A stretch of 64,000 bases of DNA, taken from assembly GCF_009914755.1 (NCBI RefSeq), contig NC_060947.1; one strand, given 5' to 3'. The notes below the pieces were generated by a model that was not told the origin of the DNA, did no database searches, and saw only the letters and a program-made list of their open reading frames with translations. The DNA is from the human T2T-CHM13v2.0 reference genome, Homo sapiens. Shown here piece by piece: positions 59,900-64,000 of this stretch. The position numbers and the translations under genes are program-made. Numbering within the stretch: the first letter of the stretch is position 1; each line of letters starts with the position of its first letter.

Positions 59900-61630
59900 T
59901 CCACTCTTCTTTTACATTGCTTTGGATCAACGTTTTAATTTTGCCTCTCTTCTGTTTCCAAGAGTTAATATTTGTATAGTTATTTCACATTATCAGTATT
60001 TTCGATTTGCCCATCTGTTTACCAATTTTTAATCATCACTCCTTCTTGCATCTTACTTCATTCTGGATTCAACTTACTTCTTACTGAAGTACATACCTTT
60101 GTAGCTTTTTCAGTGAGAGTATGTGAGTTGTAGATTTAATTGTTGCTTCTCTGAAAACATTTCTCTTTGACTTTCATTCTTCTATGATAGTTTAGTTGCA
60201 TATAAAATTCTGGATGGATCATAACTTTATCTCAGCAGGACAAATATTGTACTATATTATGACTTCTTTTGTTGCAATTGAGACATCTGCTTTCAATCTA
60301 ATTGTCTTTCTTTCATAGGTAACCTATTTATTTGTTTTTTCCTCTCTGGTTCCTTTTAAACTTTTATTTCATTTGCCATTTGACCACTATGTGTCCTCGC
60401 GTGGATTTATTTTTTTAATTATTTTACCCAGAACCAATTCTGGAAAATTTGGGGCCATTATCTCTTTGAATATCACATCTTCCCCATTCTCTCTCTCTCT
60501 CATTCATTTCTTCTTCTGGAACTTCTCCTGGGTATATATTTTAGAAGTCCTCATTTGCTTTTCCATTTCTTTGTTTTTCCTCCTTTTATATTTTTCATCT
60601 CTTTAACACTCTGTTACTTTCTGAGAAATTTATTCAGATCCATATTTTAGTTTATTGATTCTCTCTTGAGCAGTGTTTAACATGCTGTTAAAGTCCATTA
60701 AGATTTTAATTTCAACAAACATATATTTTAATTCTAGAAGTTCTATATGTCTTTTTAAAATCTGCCTAGATATATAGAGACTTAGTCTCTTCTTGTGTTT
60801 TCAATTATTTCTTTATGTCTTAGGTAACTTCTTTTATAATGTTTATCCAGTAATTCTATAATCTGAAATTCTTGGGGTTCTAATTTTGCTGCTTGTTGTG
60901 TCTGCTAACTCTTGTTCTTCATGGATTTCCATTAGTTTTTTAAATTTCAAATTATTAGCTCCTGTTCAGTGGGATTTTTATCTGTGAGATTACATGTTGC
61001 TTAGGTTGAAGATGTGGTCCTCCAGAGAGTTTTCATCAGGAACCCCAAGATATTATCAGCCTGGACCACATTTCTTGCCTATTTCTTGAGTTGGGGATTC
61101 ACTTTTAATACAGGTAATGTAAATTCAAGATCCAAATTACAAGGAGGCATGCCCATAGTTGCAAGTTCTCAAGAGAATTTGTTTCCCCACAGAAGACAAA
61201 AACGCGATAGACAAATTTCCTTATTGTCTCCCATGACAGTTGATAAGAGATTATTTTCTGATAAAACTTTCCTTGAGCTCTTCTAGAGTTCCAGATTTAT
61301 GATAGTGTCTCAGTTCCATCTCCCTACCTTGAATCATTCCAAAGCCTCCTCTCCTGTCTGTACAAGGCCTCTAAAACTCAATTCTCATGGTTCTTGGGAC
61401 TGGCAACCCCTCTCCGCAACCTTCCTGAGAGCATCCAAAGCTTCAGTTTCCATTTTTCAGTCTTGGGATTGAGGAATGGGTTGGTTTCTCTTTATTTTTG
61501 CCCTCTCTCTCCCCCAGAGATTTTCTTTACTTTCCTGTGAACTCAGCTCTATATCCAAAATGAAGCTAGCTATAGATTATTCAGCATTTCCATTTGTTTT
61601 GTATTGGGAGGATTGTCTGATCCTCTTGCT
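59900..61630 (-). mobile_element. Ancient L1 (L1ME/HAL1-like) 5'/ORF1 region
   Basis: T-rich; TCTGGAAAATTTGGGGCCATTATCTCTTTGAATAT, TTTAATTCTAGAAGTTCTAT. Confidence 0.65.
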
Positions 61631-62345
61631 CGCCATGGTGTCATGAGTAGGTCTTTACAATCATAGGTCATAACTGAGTTTTAACTATGATTATGTGTCT
61701 GAAGAAGAAAATAAAATTTACCCAGGTTGGTTTTGGTCCAAACAATATTTCTCTGCCTTCAAAAGAGTTTTGCATCTAGAAGAATATCAAGAGATAGGTA
61801 CTGGCTTGTGCATTTAGTCAATTATATGAGAGAGTAGCAACCTGGAAAAATTATTGACTCACCACATTAATCTGGTATAACTAGAGCTTTGTTCCTCTGG
61901 TTATTTTAACTCAATATGTAATATGTCAAAAATATACATAGTTTTCTGACACCCAGATATTAGCATAACTACTTTTTAAAATAATACAAACTTTATTGCT
62001 GAGCAGTTTTTATATAGTACAACTACCAAACTTTTGTTTCTCCTAGACAATAATTTTGCAGTGACTTTGATTTGTTCTTCATCTACAATTAACAGACAAA
62101 ACAGAATTTCAGAAATGGAGTTTCTTGTCGCAACCATTGCCTAGACATTTATTAAACTCCTGGCAATTTTTTCAGGTATGTAGTATAGGGATCAAGAAAG
62201 CTAAATAGCCTCTGGCCCCATTATTACCTCCAAATAGGTAATAATGACATAAGCAGAAACATTCATGACCAAAACAAACAAACAAAAACCCTCTTATACA
62301 TTGAGCTACAAACCATTTGGCTGCAATGTCCTTATTCCCATCCAA

Positions 62346-62415
62346 ATATATATATATATACACATATGTGTATATATGCTATATATGTACATATTTTGTA
62401 TATATATATATATAT
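62346..62415. repeat. Imperfect (TA)n microsatellite
   Basis: TA/TG/CA alternation. Confidence 0.92.
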
Positions 62416-62564
62416 TTGGGGATCATTTTGATACCCTCGCATAAGGTTTGATATTTTATGGTTTCCAAGCTCTACACTCAGATAACAGTGACAAATGCAA
62501 ATGATTTTCAAACACTTGATATTCTTTTTCCTTCTCTAGAAATATCAATAGTACTTTTGAATTG

Positions 62565-62740
62565 CTACCATTTGTCGGGCAAATGTTATGTGATAGGTAA
62601 ATGCTAAAGACTTGCTACCTCATTTAATCCTCACACAACCCTATGCTTAGATGTTGTTCCCATTACACAATGAGGAAAGAGATCAGAAAATTTAACTAAC
62701 ATATTCAATCACTATGCTGCCTCAGGTTTGTTCTATTCTT
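62565..62740 (-). mobile_element. MIR
   Basis: CTCATTTAATCCTCACACAACCCTATG...CCCATT...ATGAGGAAA. Confidence 0.8.
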
Positions 62741-63523
62741 AACTATCCTGCTGTGCAGGCTTGTGCCTTGCCCCTATTCAGACACCTGATGCCAATACCA
62801 AAAGGAACAGATGCTCTGAACAAAAATTGAAATTGACCTTGATCTGTGTGCTGGAAAAAATACTCAGTCTTTTTTCTCAAAATGAGAGAAGTTTTATTTC
62901 CTTGCAAATAAAAGTTCTCATTCACTCAACAAATATTCATTGACTGCCTATTCTTGTATGCCAGACTTCTGATTATTAAGTTAAAACTAAAACAGATATT
63001 ACTCACTGGATCACTTAACGCTACACTAAGGAGGGTGAAAGGAGGAAAAAATGTAATCTAGAATATTCTCCTTAGCATAGCAAGAAACTCAGCTGAAACC
63101 TAAATTTCATTCACCACAGAAATCAGGAATATTTAGGGGCTTGAGAGGTAGATTGGGGGTCCTTGAGGACATACAGAAATGTGCCTTTAAGGAGCCTCAT
63201 CCTAAGAAAAGAGACTCATAAAGAACAATTTGGGCACTAGGATAATGGACAAGATAAGAGAAGGAGGCAGGTCTTCAGATCATCTGGATTTATGATGCAG
63301 TTCCACAACCAAGGGGCTAAAGCAAAGGAGCTAGCAAAACACATGAGAGCTGAAATGCCAGGTGTCAATTGTGGCAGCTCCTTTCATGGGCAACAGGACC
63401 CACTGCCCATGGCTCTTGCAGCAAAGGGAGATTGTGCCTTCCTAGGACAGGCATCAGTGCCCTCAGCATGGGGCATGGGACTTGAGCAGCTTCAAGACAA
63501 ACATCAGTTCTAGCCTCATTTTG

Positions 63524-63853
63524 TTTTGTTTTTTAATTTTTAATAATTGTATAATAGAGCCAGGATCTCACTATATTGCCCAGGCTGGAGTGCAGCAGCT
63601 ATTCACAGGTGAGATACCACTACTCATCAGCACAGGAGTTTTGATCTGTTCCTTTTCCAACCTGGGCCAGTTCACTTCTCCTTAGGCAACTGGTGGTCCC
63701 TCTCTCCCGAGAGATCACCATATTGATGCTGAACTTTGTGCAGACACTACATTGGCATGGCACACTACAGCCCAGAACTCCTGAATTCAAGCCATCCATC
63801 CGTCTCAGCCTCCCAAGTAGCTGGGACTATAGGTGCACACCACCGTGCCAAAC
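63524..63853 (-). pseudogene. Full-length 7SL (SRP) RNA processed pseudogene
   Basis: Alu domain plus S domain (CTCCTTAGGCAAC, CACCATATTGATGCTGAACTT, GCTATTCACAGG); decayed A-tail; TSD CT(A/G)GCCTCATTTTG at 63510-63523 and 63854-63867. Confidence 0.93.
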
Positions 63854-64000
63854 CTGGCCTCATTTTGAATGCCACCAACAGTGAACCAGCTGCCATCTTG
63901 GGCACTAGCAGTATGAAGAGACTTTCCCATAGAAGTCTGGAGAAGAGAGGAAACAAATAGGTGCCATGGGGTGGACAGCTTGTGGAGCCTTCATGAGATA

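Overview
Primate (most likely human) intergenic or deep-intronic DNA dominated by interspersed repeats. No host protein-coding gene could be recognised; the long ORFs are LINE-1 derived and the rest look spurious. Main elements: a full-length but disrupted L1PA3/PA4-type element (21756-27924, 16-bp TSD), an older L1 chimera (41293-47000), a near-complete THE1 provirus nested in an LTR8, several solo LTRs, about 14 Alu/Alu monomers, MER1B/MER33 DNA elements, L2/MIR remnants and a 7SL retropseudogene. The most notable structures are an L1 3' transduction bounded by a 15-bp TSD (55900-56740), a perfect 124-bp local templated duplication (47328/48181), a stacked fold-back with templated inserts (52259-52531), a 72-bp duplication beside an AluYd, an open extended L1 ORF0, and two promoter-like motif clusters. 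I did not find a new biological system that I can support. Subfamily names come from recalled consensus sequences, not from a search.
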